Shown here: positions 26,420-38,699 of the stretch, in pieces
How positions within the stretch are numbered: position 1 is the first letter of the stretch
How the letters are laid out: each line of letters begins with the position of its first letter
NCBI RefSeq assembly: GCF_035594765.1
Contig: NC_085845.1
Location: forward strand, 174,794,897-174,858,896
Reading direction: 5' to 3'
DNA length: 64,000 bases
Origin: Anolis carolinensis
Taxonomy: Eukaryota
Notes under the pieces: generated by a model
Told to the model about the DNA's origin: nothing
Databases searched by the model: none
Seen by the model: only the letters and a program-made list of their open reading frames with translations
Program-made: the position numbers and the translations under genes

Positions 26420-28738
26420 TGCGCCTGAGTCCTGTTTGACTTCAGATGAAAGCTGGGACTTCACTGGACTTTCCACACTGTGATTTAAAAAAATGTATAT
26501 AGGATATAACTCACAAAATCAATTAAAATAAACACCTGGGATATAAATATAATGCATTACAGATAACAAACATTAAAAGATACCATTTATGCAATGAAAA
26601 ATAGTTTAAAACTTAAAAAAATACCAGCCCAATCTTACAAATTGCAATACAGGTGAAGGTCCACAAGGCATAAATCAATATTTAAGGGAAAGTAGATGGC
26701 CAAAGTCCCAAGTTCTCATTTAGATAGAGGCCAGATGCATTGTGACCTGAGGCCTTCTGTGGGGGCCAAATTGGGTTTTAATATTTTCCAGTTCTTCTCC
26801 CTGCTTCCCCCGCCCATCCAAAAAAAATCATCCAAATCTTTCCCAAGCTTTGGTTCTTGGCCCAAGTAACTAGGATATGCTAAAAAAACTAGGATAAACT
26901 AACAAGGAGCTCAAGCATTTCCTTCTCTTATTTATTTACTGAGTCATTTTAGTACTGTTTTCCATAGTAAGCCTCTTAAAGCATTTTACAGTATGTATTT
27001 CCTTGTACAGCCAGTCCTCAAGTTATGAACAAGACAGGTTCTGTATGTAAGTCAGAACAGACACATTTTAAGCGTAACTCCAGTCAAAAATATAAGGCAG
27101 CTTCTTGCTGTTTTTGTTGTTGTAATTATTATTATAATATATGTATCCCACCTTGAGAGCTAGTATGATATAGTGGTTTGAGTCCTGGACTAGGATACAT
27201 TCTTGCTTATCCAAGAAAACCTACTGGGCTCCACAATGGCGAATCCTCTCTGGACTTGAAGACAGACAACAATAAAAGACGGTGTTCACAGCCACACTGC
27301 CACTGTCTTGTGATAGCTTACCACCAGCAGAAAGGGTAGAAAAGGGCAGATCTTTCTCAAGCTTCTTTCAAGTCCTGAAACTGCAGAATAATGTGAAGGG
27401 AAAGAATTGCCCAACCCCAACCACAGCAAAACTGGCAGCTCTGCCATGAAATCCTAACTTTCTCGGCCAGAGTTGCTTTGCTTTGTGATCAACCTTTTAT
27501 AAAGGCTGCTGGACAAAAGGCAAGAGGAACACAGGAAGCTACTGAATGCTGAATTAGGCCACTGGTGTATACTGTTAACTATGCCTGAAAATGGTTCTCT
27601 CCAGGATTTCAGATAGCATTCTGGCTTTAGAATTGCTAAGGGAAAAACCAACCACTTTCCTGATTATAAAACAGCATGTGGCTCAAGAAAAGCATGGAGG
27701 CCTCTTCCTTTCACTTTTGTTATCAGACTTCAGCATGACATCTCATCATGAAGAATGCACGAGTATTCACTCTTCTGCTATCTCCAGACACAATTCATGG
27801 TGGTTCTACAAAGCACTCTCTTGCTGTGGCGCTCTCACTAACCTGCTTTTGTTTCTTTCAATTTAATATACTTTTTGGAAAAGCAATGCATGATCTCACA
27901 CTCATGTCTCCATCGAAACAGCTAATGCAAAGCTATGGCTATTCACAAATCTGCAGGCTGTTCGGCTTTCAACAGATGCTTAAGTGGGAACATAGCTCTG
28001 TATAAATACATTTTTTTGCCTTCAGTCTGGAAACATGGTCAGCTGAGCCTGACTTAATGGAGGGTGTACTTCATCCCTCCATTCTCCTCCACTAAAAGCT
28101 AATGTTGTCACTTGGCAGATTTCTGTGGCACATTTTGCCGACAACTGGACTGCTGTCTGAATTGAAAACTATGTGGTGGGGTTTATCGGGGGAACCGATT
28201 TCCCATGGCAAGACTTTTCAAAAGCAAACTGTACATTCACACACAAAAACCTCTCCTGTATCACCAACCACATTTGGTCCCATATCATTGTTATTTTCTA
28301 AAAAGAGAAGCAGTAGGGTTCACACTGAAAGCCAGCATGATATAGTTATTTGAGCACTGGACTGCAACTCTGGAGACCAAAGTTCAAATCCCTGCTTGGC
28401 CATGGAAATCAACCGGGTGACCTTGAGCAAGTCACACTCTCTCAGCCTCAGAAAAAGGCAAAGACAAACTCCCTCTGAATGAATCTTGCCAAGAAAACCC
28501 TATAAAGTCACATTAGGTCAGGTCACAACAAGTCAAAAACAACAAAGTTCACATAGGGATTGTTACCAATCCGGAGTCCTAAAATGTTACTGGATCTCAA
28601 CTCCTAGAATCCCCAGCTTGCATAAACCGTGACTAGAGGATCCTGGAAGTTGTAATCCAATGACATCTAGATATCTAAGGTTAGAAACCATTGATGTAGA
28701 GCTGTCTATGATTAAAGATACCAGATTACAACTCTATA

Positions 28739-29488
28739 CAGGCGATCCCCATGTTACGAACAAGATAGGTTCTGTAGGTTTGTTCTTAGGTTGAATTTGT
28801 ATATAAGTCAGAACAGGTACATTTCGAAAGTGTAACTCCAGTCAAAAAATTATATATAATGGGGCTGTGGTGGCACAGGAGGTTAAGCCGCTAAGCTGCA
28901 GAACTTGCTGAATGAAAGGTTGGCGGTTCAAATCCACGGGACGGTTGAGCTCCCGTTGCTAGCCCCAACTTTTGCCAACCTAGCAATTCAAGCATATGTA
29001 GACCAATAGATACTGTTTCGGCAGGAAGGTTATGGCGCTCCATGCAGTTACGCAGGCCACATGACCTAGGAGGCGTCTATGGACAAGGGCTCTTCAGCTA
29101 AGAAATTGAGATGAGGACTACCTCCTAGAGCCGGACTCAGCTAGATTTAATGTCAATAATATATATATACACACACACATATATAATATATAAGTTTTGG
29201 AGAACACAGGGAACGGTTAACAACCCTGATGGCATTCCTCTGTACAGAAGATTTCACCTCACTCTCTGTCCCTGTGAGAATTGGATTTTGAAAAATGTGG
29301 CTTGTTGTGGAAACAAGGATTGGCAATAAAGCTTCAGTGGAGACACCTTTTCCCTACAAGAACTCTTCCTGGAGTGAATTTCCCTTCTGAGGGGTAAATT
29401 AGATTTCTCTCACTTTCTGTTATCTCACCTCCCTTCTTAACTGTGAGTCATTTTGTAAATCTGATGTTTGCAACTTGGGGACTGCCTG
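28739..29488. mobile_element. Tigger-like element with nested Sauria SINE (about 28861-29155, +)
   Basis: TA|caggcgatcccc...ggggactgcctg|TA. The SINE interrupts the AT-rich middle compared with the copies at 7398 and 60560. Confidence 0.8.
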
Positions 29489-30023
29489 TACTTCAGGGCT
29501 AAGCAAGTATCAGCCTCCAATGGTTGATAGACTGTAATCCTCATCAGCTCGTCCAATATATCCAGTGATAAGGATTGCTATGAGTTGCAATCCAACAGCA
29601 AAGAGAGGGCAACACTGCATCCACTCTTGCTATATAAATTTTCCTTATTGAATTCGATGGAGTTTCCTGGACTCTTACATTGCAGGTCATTCGATAATTA
29701 TACCAAGTTTTATAACTGATCGATTGGTGGAATTTACTACCACAAGATGTTGTAACGGGAACTTGCTTCAACAGACCAGCAGTCAGATGCAGCTACGGAA
29801 GGTGTTACTTATAATAGCTAAATGGAGAGAGTCTGGCACCTTCTACACTGCCATATAAAATCTAGATTATCTGCTTTGAACTGGATTATATGGCAGTGTA
29901 GAAGGGGCCACAATGTGTATAGTGATCAGAGCACCAGGCAGGGATATGGGAAAAGTGTGCCTCCCTCAATTTAAAGGCCAGAATATTATGTTGCCTCTGT
30001 CTCTTATATTTCATGCCTTAAAT

Positions 30024-30225
30024 CAGGCATGGTCAAATTTGGGCCCTCCCTCCAGGTGTTTTGGACTTCAACTCCCACCATTCCTAACAGCCTCAGGCCC
30101 TTTCCTTTTCCCCCTCAGCCGCTTAAGCGGCTGAGGGGGGAAAGGAAGGGGCCTGAGGCTGTTAGGAATGGTGGGAGTTGAAGTCCAAAACACCTGGAGA
30201 GAGGGCCCAAGTTTGACCATGCTTG
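30024..30225. mobile_element. hAT-type fold-back MITE (202-bp near-perfect palindrome)
   Basis: caggcatggtcaaa...tttgaccatgcttg, centred on gcttaagc (30121-30128); 8-bp TSD ccttaaat/ccctaaat. Confidence 0.88.
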
Positions 30226-30739
30226 CCCTAAATGCTCAGAAGCACTCCCATTTACAGCTAATATGACCTCTATAGCAAGTGCCAGAAGAAAATACTCCCT
30301 TGCCCAGTCTCCTGGGAGTTGTAGTTTTGCAAGGTCTTGCGCCTTCTCTGCCAAAGAGTACTGCTGCCCCACAAAGTACAAATCCCAGGATCCCATAGCA
30401 TGGAGCCATGGCAGTTCAAGTGGGGTCAAACTGCATTAATTCTATGTGTAGATGCTGCCTTGGACAACACAGGAACTTGGTCAAAGCAAGGTGTGAAACG
30501 TACTGGAGCCTGTAGGAGGCCAGGTTTTGTTTGTAGCAGGCCAAATTCCTACTAAACCAGTATGTATTCCTTAAAGTGTTTTTTAAAAATGTTCCTCCAT
30601 TGTGCATGGCGGTGTTGATGTGGGTCACAGCCCCCAAATAGCTGACCTAATGCCCAGTTTTCATACATCCCCAGCTTCTGTACACCCATCGGATCCAACT
30701 GCATCAATTCTGCAGTGCAGATGCACCCTTAAGGGATCC

Positions 30740-31060
30740 AGTTTTGGCGCGGAAATCCTCCCCCAGCTGCAGTCCCGACAGACCTCTGCGCCACTTTGCA
30801 CGGGATGATGGTCAAGGAGGAAAACTGCGGCCGGCTTCCTGCAAGGGCTTCACACGTCTCCTTCCTCGTCCATTAATCGGCGCCTCCCCTGCTTTGGGCG
30901 GAGCCAAAAGACCACGGCCCATTTTCCCATCCAGTGGAAGGAGAGGAAGAATGGGACAAACCAACTCGCGGCAGAGAACGGGGGGAGCCGATACACAAAG
31001 AGTTGATCCGAACGGGGTGGGAAAATCGCGCCTTCCTCCTCTTTCGAAGCTGCATCTACA
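30740..31060. promoter_or_regulatory. Small CpG-rich patch; probable MPST (possibly shared MPST/TST) promoter and first exon
   Basis: Only non-repeat CpG-rich patch between the divergent genes. GC box GGGCGG near 30896; minus-strand donor candidate GAG|gtctgt near 30784. Confidence 0.55.
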
Positions 31061-31390
31061 CCGTAGAATTAATGTACTTTGACACCACTATAACTACCAT
31101 GGCTCGATGCTATAGCTCTCTCCACTAAAGTGTACTCATGCCTCGCTAAACTACAACTTCCATGATTCCATAGCATTGAGCCGTGGCTGTTAAAATAGTG
31201 TCAAACTGCAATAAGGCTTCAGAATGTAGATGCATCCTAGGACTGGACCTGGAACAAATAGTGCATCTGCACTGTAGAATTATTGCAATTTGATACCACT
31301 TCAACTGCGATGGTTCAATCTTGGGATTTGTAGTCTTGTGAGGCACCAGCATTTTTGGCAGCAAAGGATATAGACCTTGTAGAACTACTA

Positions 31391-31723
31391 CAAGGTGGTG
31401 AAGTGTGTTAAAGCACTGAGCTGCTGAACTTGCAGACCAAAAAGTCGCAGGTTCAAATCCCGGGAGCAGAGTGAATGCCCGCTGTTAGCTCCAGCTTCTG
31501 CCAACCTAGCAGTTTGAAAACATGCAAATGTGAGTAGATCAATAGGTACCGCTCCGGCAGGAAGGTAACGGCACTCCATGCAGTCATGCCGGTCACATGA
31601 CCTTGGAGGTGTCTACGGACAACGCCGGCTATTCGGCTTAGAAATGGAGATGAGCACCAACCCCCAGAGTCAGACATGACTGGACTTAATGTCAGGGGAA
31701 AACCTTTACCTTTATCTTTACCT
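31391..31723 (+). mobile_element. Sauria SINE, near full length, young
   Basis: tRNA-like head, (acctt)n-like tail, 11-bp TSD tagaactacta at 31380-31390 and 31724-31734. Confidence 0.92.
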
Positions 31724-32707
31724 TAGAACTACTAATCCCTGAATTCCATGGCATTGAGCCAGGACAGTTCAAGTGGTGCCAATCTGCATTAATTCTACAG
31801 TGTACTTGCATCACTGGAACAAATGAGCAGAGTTTTACAGGCCCTGGCAGGCATCTTCCATGATGGGAGGTCTTACACCAGATGTATCTTCCTTATCAGA
31901 AACGCTTGAGACCAAAAGTATTCAGTGTGTCAGGTTCCCCCCCCCCCCCCATTTTTGAATACTTGCATATACATAATAAGATTACTTGGAGACAGGACCC
32001 AGTTTTAAACACAGAATTCATTTAGGTTTTGTATACTTTACACACATAGCCAAAGGTATTTTTATATCGAAGGTTTTCAATAATTTTGTGCAAGAAACAA
32101 GGTTTTGTACCTTGAGCCACCAGAAAGCAAAGGTGTCCCCTATCTCAGCCACCCATATGGACAATTTTGGATTTTAGTAGATTTTGGAATTCCAGATGAG
32201 GAATGCTCAGCCTGTCCAAGGAAATTACACATCAAAGATGTGAAATGGGCAAGCAATAAAACCATTTAAATCAACAAATGATAGTCTGTTGATTTAGGGT
32301 TACATCAGAGCCAAGCTCTATAGCAACAGGGCATGATCTGGAGCTAGCTCAGCTGTAGTGTGTGTTTGCCTATATGGATGCACATATACATAGATACACA
32401 GACACGCACACACACACACACATAAATACACACATATATACATGAATGCTTACATACATACACTCCTCATACACAGATTTGTTACATCATTACGGTTCCA
32501 TCTTTCACATCTTGACAAATACTGCATTTGCTGCAGTTTGGTTCCAGGATCTCCAAAATCCTTGGATGCTCAAGTCCTATAATATATAATGTCATAGTAA
32601 AATGGCAACTCTTATATAAAATAGCGAACAGCTGAAATGAGTACTAGTGAGACCTTGAGGCTCTGCCAAATGGGAGACTTTGGGTATGATGATGCATCAG
32701 TCTAGTG

Positions 32708-32842
32708 CATTGGTTCTCAACCTGGCATCCCCAGATGTTTTTGGCCTTCAACTCCCAGAAATCCTAACAGTTAGTAAACTGGCTGGGATTTCTGGAAGTT
32801 GTAGGCCAAAAATATCTGGGGACCCCAGGTTGAGAACCACTG
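32708..32842. mobile_element. 135-bp hAT MITE with SPIN/Charlie-like TIRs
   Basis: cattggttctcaacc...ggttgagaaccactg; perfect 8-bp TSD gtctagtg. Confidence 0.9.
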
Positions 32843-34788
32843 GTCTAGTGCGAAGTTTACATTTTGGATTTTTTTGTATATTATTGAGCTATGTTTGGTT
32901 GAATCTGTGGTCACAAAACCCATGGATACAAAGGGCCAACAGTATGAGGATTAATCTTGACAGGCTGATTCTTTCCTGCCTTATGTCTTTTCTGTCTCTT
33001 CCACTCTCCCCTATGACTTTTGTCAGGACTGGCAAAATATACTTTTCCTTCAGTGCAAGACTTATGGAGCTTCAAATGGGACAGCAACTTTATCAATTAC
33101 TATTGCATTCCATAGAGCTGATGGAAAGTTTGGTAGAGTCTTCCCAGGCCTCTTAGTGCAGCACAAAGGCTACAATGCCTTGAACTCACAGCTCAATTTT
33201 CAAAACGAAACAAGATCAATCTTGAGTTTTGTGCAAATTGTATTGCAGTCAGTTCACCAGCTGACTAAAAAAAAAAAGCAACAACTTATCTGGTTTTTCC
33301 CCCTCTCCTTCCTAGTCACAGGGCTAAGAATGAGACAAAGAAGAAACATAGAGAAGAAGGGGAGAATGGGGTGAATGACAGGTGTTTATCCATTGCTTTT
33401 CCTTATTCCTTAGAGCTCTTTGGCTTCTCATGGATTCGGTTCTTTATTTTACCACAGGCTTCTTTGGTGAGCTTAGATGAGTCTTTTAAGCTGTGTGCGT
33501 GTGTAATAAAATGCATGAAGATAGAGCCAACTTTATAGTTGCTTCAGAGACTACACAGATAAATGAATGCAAACTATAGGAAAAGCCATTTATCCTAAAC
33601 ATTAGGAGAAACATCCTGATGATAAGAGCTGTTTAATAGTGGAATACACCACCTCAGAGTGTGGCAGAGGCTCCTTTTCTGGGGGGGGGGGGGGGTTAAC
33701 AGGGTAGATAGCCATCTGCTGGGAGTGCTTTGAATGTGTATTCTTCTTGGCAGTGGGTTGAGTAAGATGGTTCTTGTGGCCTCTTCCAACTGATTTTAAG
33801 ACATTCAAAAGGAAGCCTGCATTCCCACAACCTCACTGGAAATAGGGGGTTGTGATGCAATGTTTACTTAGCAATACTGTGTTCAGTAAAGTTTATTAGT
33901 AAGTATGTTATCGCCTGATGTTAATCTGATTTCAGTGCTTTGAAAAGTTCCCTAGAACACAATTTATGGCTGAACAGCCCATGCCACTGTCATGATTTGG
34001 AGATAGATAGATAAATAGGTAGGTAGATATGCATACATAATTCATATGCACACACACATACACCACAAATGACTATGTGTGAGCAATGATAATTCCCAGT
34101 GGGGCTCTTTGCTTCAAATCAGTGTGAACCTTTGGAAAAAATACTTTTGAACTAGAACTCCCAGAAACTGGCTGTTGTCTCATGACTATTTGAAACTGAA
34201 CTTGAAAAGATTACTTTTAGAGCCCAATTCTCCCACCAATTTCTGAAGTTGTAGTTTGAAGAAGCGACGTTTCCCAAACTTTATCACAGGGAAAGCTCTA
34301 TCAGAATTCTTAGATAGTTGCCAGTGTTTTAGAATCAATATGCTGGCTACCCTTGCAGCTTTCAATTTGTAAGGGAACTCTTTACCCTTTGTGACTCCAT
34401 AGCCTTGGCACTTTTATGTGCCGGTTCCTCTTTCAGAGTTGCACTTTGTCCCACAGCAGTTTTAGTCAATCACCTCACCGTTGCACTGTCACTTACTTTG
34501 GCACTCGAGACATTTCGCCGTTCTCAGCACGTCCTCAAACAGCTGACTTTGAGATGTTGTCACATCACAGTGGGGGAGATAAAGTAACAAAGCACCTAGA
34601 AGGGACTGGGAGAGTGGGGAAGATGATTTGTTTTTGTTTCCTCCTAATGCTTCTTTTAAGTTCTCAAAACTTGACTGTTTTCAAGGGGGGGAAGGGTATT
34701 GCTGGGATTGTCAGCTGATTGTGGGAGGGTTTGAGCCAGTCCAAAGTGCAGGACGGAATAGGAATGAAGGTGGTTCAGGGCTTGTTCT

Positions 34789-34860
34789 CCGCCCCTTGTC
34801 CTCTGATTGGCCCACAGGCCACAACCAGACACCAGAGTTTGGGAATCTCTGCTCCACCCC
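34789..34860 (+). promoter_or_regulatory. Candidate TST proximal promoter elements
   Basis: GC box CCGCCC at 34789-34794, inverted CCAAT (ATTGG) at 34806-34810, CACCC box near 34855, all within about 120 nt of the ATG. Confidence 0.5.
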
Positions 34861-34908
34861 CTTTTCCACACTGCCTTCTGCTAGCTGTTCAGAAGAGACT
34901 TGGCTAAC

Positions 34909-35503
34909 ATGGTGCAGCAAGCATTATATAGAGCCCTGGTCTCCACCAAATGGCTAGCCGAAGCTGTGCGGGCCAATAAGATTGGGCCTGAACTACGGGT
35001 CCTGGATGCCTCCTGGTATGAACCGGGTGGAAGAAATGCCCAAAAAGAATTCCAAGAACGGCACATCCCAGGTGCCTCCTTTTTCGATATCGAGGAGTGC
35101 AAAGACAAATCGTCACCCTATGAGCTGATGCTGCCCAGCGAGAAACACTTTGCAGAATATGTGGGCCACCTAGGTATCAGCAACCAAACGCACATTGTGG
35201 TATATGACGGGGACCACTTGGGCAGCTTCTATGCTCCACGGGCTTGGTGGATGTTCCGAGTGTTCGGGCACCGAACCGTCTCTGTATTGAACGGAGGGTT
35301 CAAGAACTGGGTGAAAGAGGGCCACCCAGTGACATCTGAGTTCACCAGACCAGAGCCAGCTGTTTTCAAAGCCTCCCTGAACAGGTCTCTCTTGAAGACC
35401 TATGAGGAGATCTTGGAGAACACTGAATCCAAACGCTTCCAGATGGTAGACTCCAGAGCTGAAGGGAGATTCAAAGGAACAGAACCTGAGCCAGGGAAGG
35501 AAG
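34909..35503 (+). CDS. TST: Thiosulfate sulfurtransferase (rhodanese), coding exon 1
   Basis: aacATGG; [18 protein letters not shown], rhodanese-type N-terminus; donor GAAG|gtagg; 595 nt. Confidence 0.97.
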
Positions 35504-36925
35504 GTAGGAGAGACGGCTGGAATTACCTTCAGCTACCAAGAAATGTTTAACACATCAATTCTGAAGTGTGCCTTGGACCATACTCATTTGCTAATATTGA
35601 TTCACTCCATCAGACCAGGAGAACATAACTTGTGGCCTCCCAGATGTTGTTGGACTGTAACTCCCAGCAGCTATAGGCAGTATTTAGTCATTGGTTAGAA
35701 GTCATGACAGTTGTAGTCCAACACCCTCTGGAAAAGCACAGGTTGGCCGCTTCTGTTTCAATGCTTTAGGCTGCAATCCTCTGCATTCTTACCTGGGAGT
35801 AAACACCAACTGAATAAAGTAGGAAGCTTTTCAAATAAACATGCATACGATTTAGTGATTGTGATGTCTAATGGGGGGCATCTGCACTATAGACTTAATG
35901 CAGTTTGACACCATTTTGACTGCCATGGATCAATACTACAGGATACTGTAGTATTGATTGGTGAGCACTCCTGGCCAGAGAAAGCTAAAAGGTTTGTAAA
36001 ACTACACTCCCAGGATTCCATAGCATTGCTCCATGGCAGTTAAAATGGTGTCTAACTGCATTAATTCTACAGTATAGATTCCTACAAGATGTGCCAGTTC
36101 CCTTTGGAAAAATGGTCACATTTGAAGACAAGATGTCTGCCACCTCAGAAGAATGTTATTTTTACCAGTGAAGCAAAATATACAATTATATTCTTCCCTT
36201 AAGACTCTGTATCTGCTAGATCACTTGTTGGCATTCATGTTTGCTAGTAACATTTCAGCATACTGTTACAGTACGTTCACCAGTAACTTGATAATTGGGC
36301 TGCTGTTTCAAACTCTCTTTTCTTGTCTCTCATGTCCCTCTTTTTCCTTCCCATGGCTTAAAGAGCTGTTTAACTGGTTTTTCCCTTTTTATTATTGAAT
36401 AACCAACTCTCCAAGAGTTACACAAGAAGTCCAAAGCACACTATCTCATCTCTTTCTCCTCTGCAATATTATCTGGGAGATTGTTGAGTTGTTTTTTGTT
36501 TTGTTTTCCTGGACAAAGGGCAGAGTAGAAAGGGGGAAAAGAGTGCATACCTATTGAACTTCTCCACTAACAATGAAAGATTGCTGCGTGCTTTTAAAAA
36601 AGTCAAGTTAACTATTTCTTAATGTCACCACACCCAGCCTTTCCAATATTCTGTTCAGTGCAAGAATCAAGATTCCTCTGTTATGCCTTATTCCAGCCAT
36701 GAAATCACTTTCCTGGATAAGAATGCAAAGAACAGCCAGCCCTAGCTCTATGTTTGCTGGAATTAAGGACGCAGTACCCCTGTGAAAATGAAAAATCATC
36801 CATAAAGAAATACCTATTTTTTACCTCTCTCTAGGAATTTCTAGACCATCCAGGAAGATTCTATGTTTGATATCCTCTGGAAGCTGTCCATAGAATCATA
36901 CTAGATGACCTAGAAGTTCCTAGAC

Positions 36926-37060
36926 CAGTGGTTCTCAATTTGTGGGTCCCCAGGTGTTTTGGTCTACAACTCTCAGAAATCCCAGCCACTTTACCAGCTG
37001 TTAGGATTTCTGGGAGTTGAAGGCCAAAACATCTGGGGACCCACAGACTGAGAACCACTG
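36926..37060. mobile_element. 135-bp hAT MITE with SPIN-like TIRs
   Basis: cagtggttctcaa...tgagaaccactg; TSD tcctagac/acctagac. Confidence 0.9.
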
Positions 37061-37699
37061 ACCTAGACAGTTCTCTCTACAAATCTCCAGGTCCTCCAGC
37101 ATGACTGCAAGAAATTGACCATAAAGTCACGTACTTTACCTAAAGAGAACATTTTAATCAATTCCATGAATAATCAAATCAGCAAGTATGACAAAATGTA
37201 AATATAGTTATTGAATATACTGAAAAACAGGAGCCAGAATGGTGTAGAGGTTTGAGCATTTGGCTATGACTCTGGAATGAAGGTTCAAATCCTCATTCAA
37301 CCATGGAAACCCATGGGTGGTCTTGCGTATATCACACTTTCTCAGTCTCAGAGGAAGGCAAGGGGAAAACCTCTCTAAACAACGCTGATGGAATTACCTT
37401 AGGGTTCCCATAAGTCAGAAATGATTTGAAGGCAACCAAACACAATAACAACAACTTCAAGGTTCTGAAATATGTCTTGTAAATATTAGTGTACTGGCAT
37501 ATATACCTGACATTGTCTGGGTGTTGGAGAGGCTGCTGTCCCTTCTGCTTTCTCACTTCTCCAGCTCTGAGAAGGCCTGCTTCTCAGTGTCTCCATGGCA
37601 ATGAACAGACTCTCTTTGGGCCCTTCTACACTGCCATATAAATCAGTTCAAAGCAGGTAATCTGGATTTTATATGGCTGTGTTGAAGGGGCCTTTATGA

Positions 37700-37910
37700 A
37701 TTTCTTCTTCCTTTCTCCATTTCCCTCATACACCTTCTCCTGCTCTCTCTCTCTTTCCTTTCTTTCCTTCTTCTCTTGCTTTTCTTTATACACCTTTCCC
37801 CCTTTCCTTTCTCATTCTTCCTTCCTTCCCTTTTTCTTTTCTCCCACTTCCCTTCTCCTGTCCTTTCTTTCTACGTTTTCTCATTATTTCTTTCCTTTCT
37901 CCCTTCCCCT
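37700..37910. repeat. Polypyrimidine low-complexity tract
   Basis: About 210 nt, mostly C/T. Confidence 0.85.
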
Positions 37911-38104
37911 CATACATATGTCACCTTGCTACAGACAATCTGCTTTATTTCCCAGTAACATGACAGAGAAGCTTAGACTTTTATATAGAGAGATCAATGC
38001 ATTATTTCAGATGTTACATTATCCGGAGGGCTCCAGTGGATAGAAAACTGATTTCTAAAAAATCAATGCAAGTACAATAATGGCCCCTTCTACACTGCCA
38101 TAGT

Positions 38105-38345
38105 GGGCCACCGTGGCAGAGCAGGTTAAACTGCTAAGCTACAGAATTTGCTGAGCAAAAGGTCAGCAGTTCGAATCCGCAAGACGGGGAGGGCTCCTGT
38201 TGTTAGTCCCATCTTCTGCCAACTTAGCAATTCAAATACATGCAAAAGTGAGTAGATCAATAGGTACTGCTTAGGCGGGAAGTTAACAGCACTCCATGCA
38301 ATCCTGCTGGCCACATGACCAAGGAGGTTTCTACAAATAATGCTC
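38105..38345 (+). mobile_element. Sauria SINE, 3'-truncated
   Basis: Head and core align with the 31391 copy. Confidence 0.8.
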
Positions 38346-38358
38346 CCTTGCTCTAACC

Positions 38359-38493
38359 CAGTGGTGCTCAACCTGGGGTCCCCAGATGTTTTTGGCCTAC
38401 AACTCCCAGAAATCCCAGCCAGTTTACCAGATGTTACGATTTCTGGGAGTTGAAGGCCAAAAATATCTAGGACCCCCAGCTTGAGAACCCTTG
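38359..38493. mobile_element. 135-bp hAT MITE with SPIN-like TIRs
   Basis: cagtggtgctcaacc...ttgagaacccttg; perfect TSD ctctaacc. Confidence 0.88.
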
Positions 38494-38699
38494 CTCTAAC
38501 CCTTTTCAGAGCTCTTTCTTGTGTCCGTCTTATTGCTCCTCCCACTGGGGTATAAAAGGAAGGCATGAAAGCAGCTGTGGGTCATTCCAAACACAGCTGT
38601 CTTACTGTGCAATTGTTTGCTACCTTAAGTTGCTGTTCTGAGACTTAAAACTCTGTTAATTGCTGTTAGTGTTTTCTTTCATCCACCTGACTCCAGAAG

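Noticed and set aside
37696-38043. 115-aa Phe/Ser-rich ORF
   Set aside because: It is the translation of a polypyrimidine tract.
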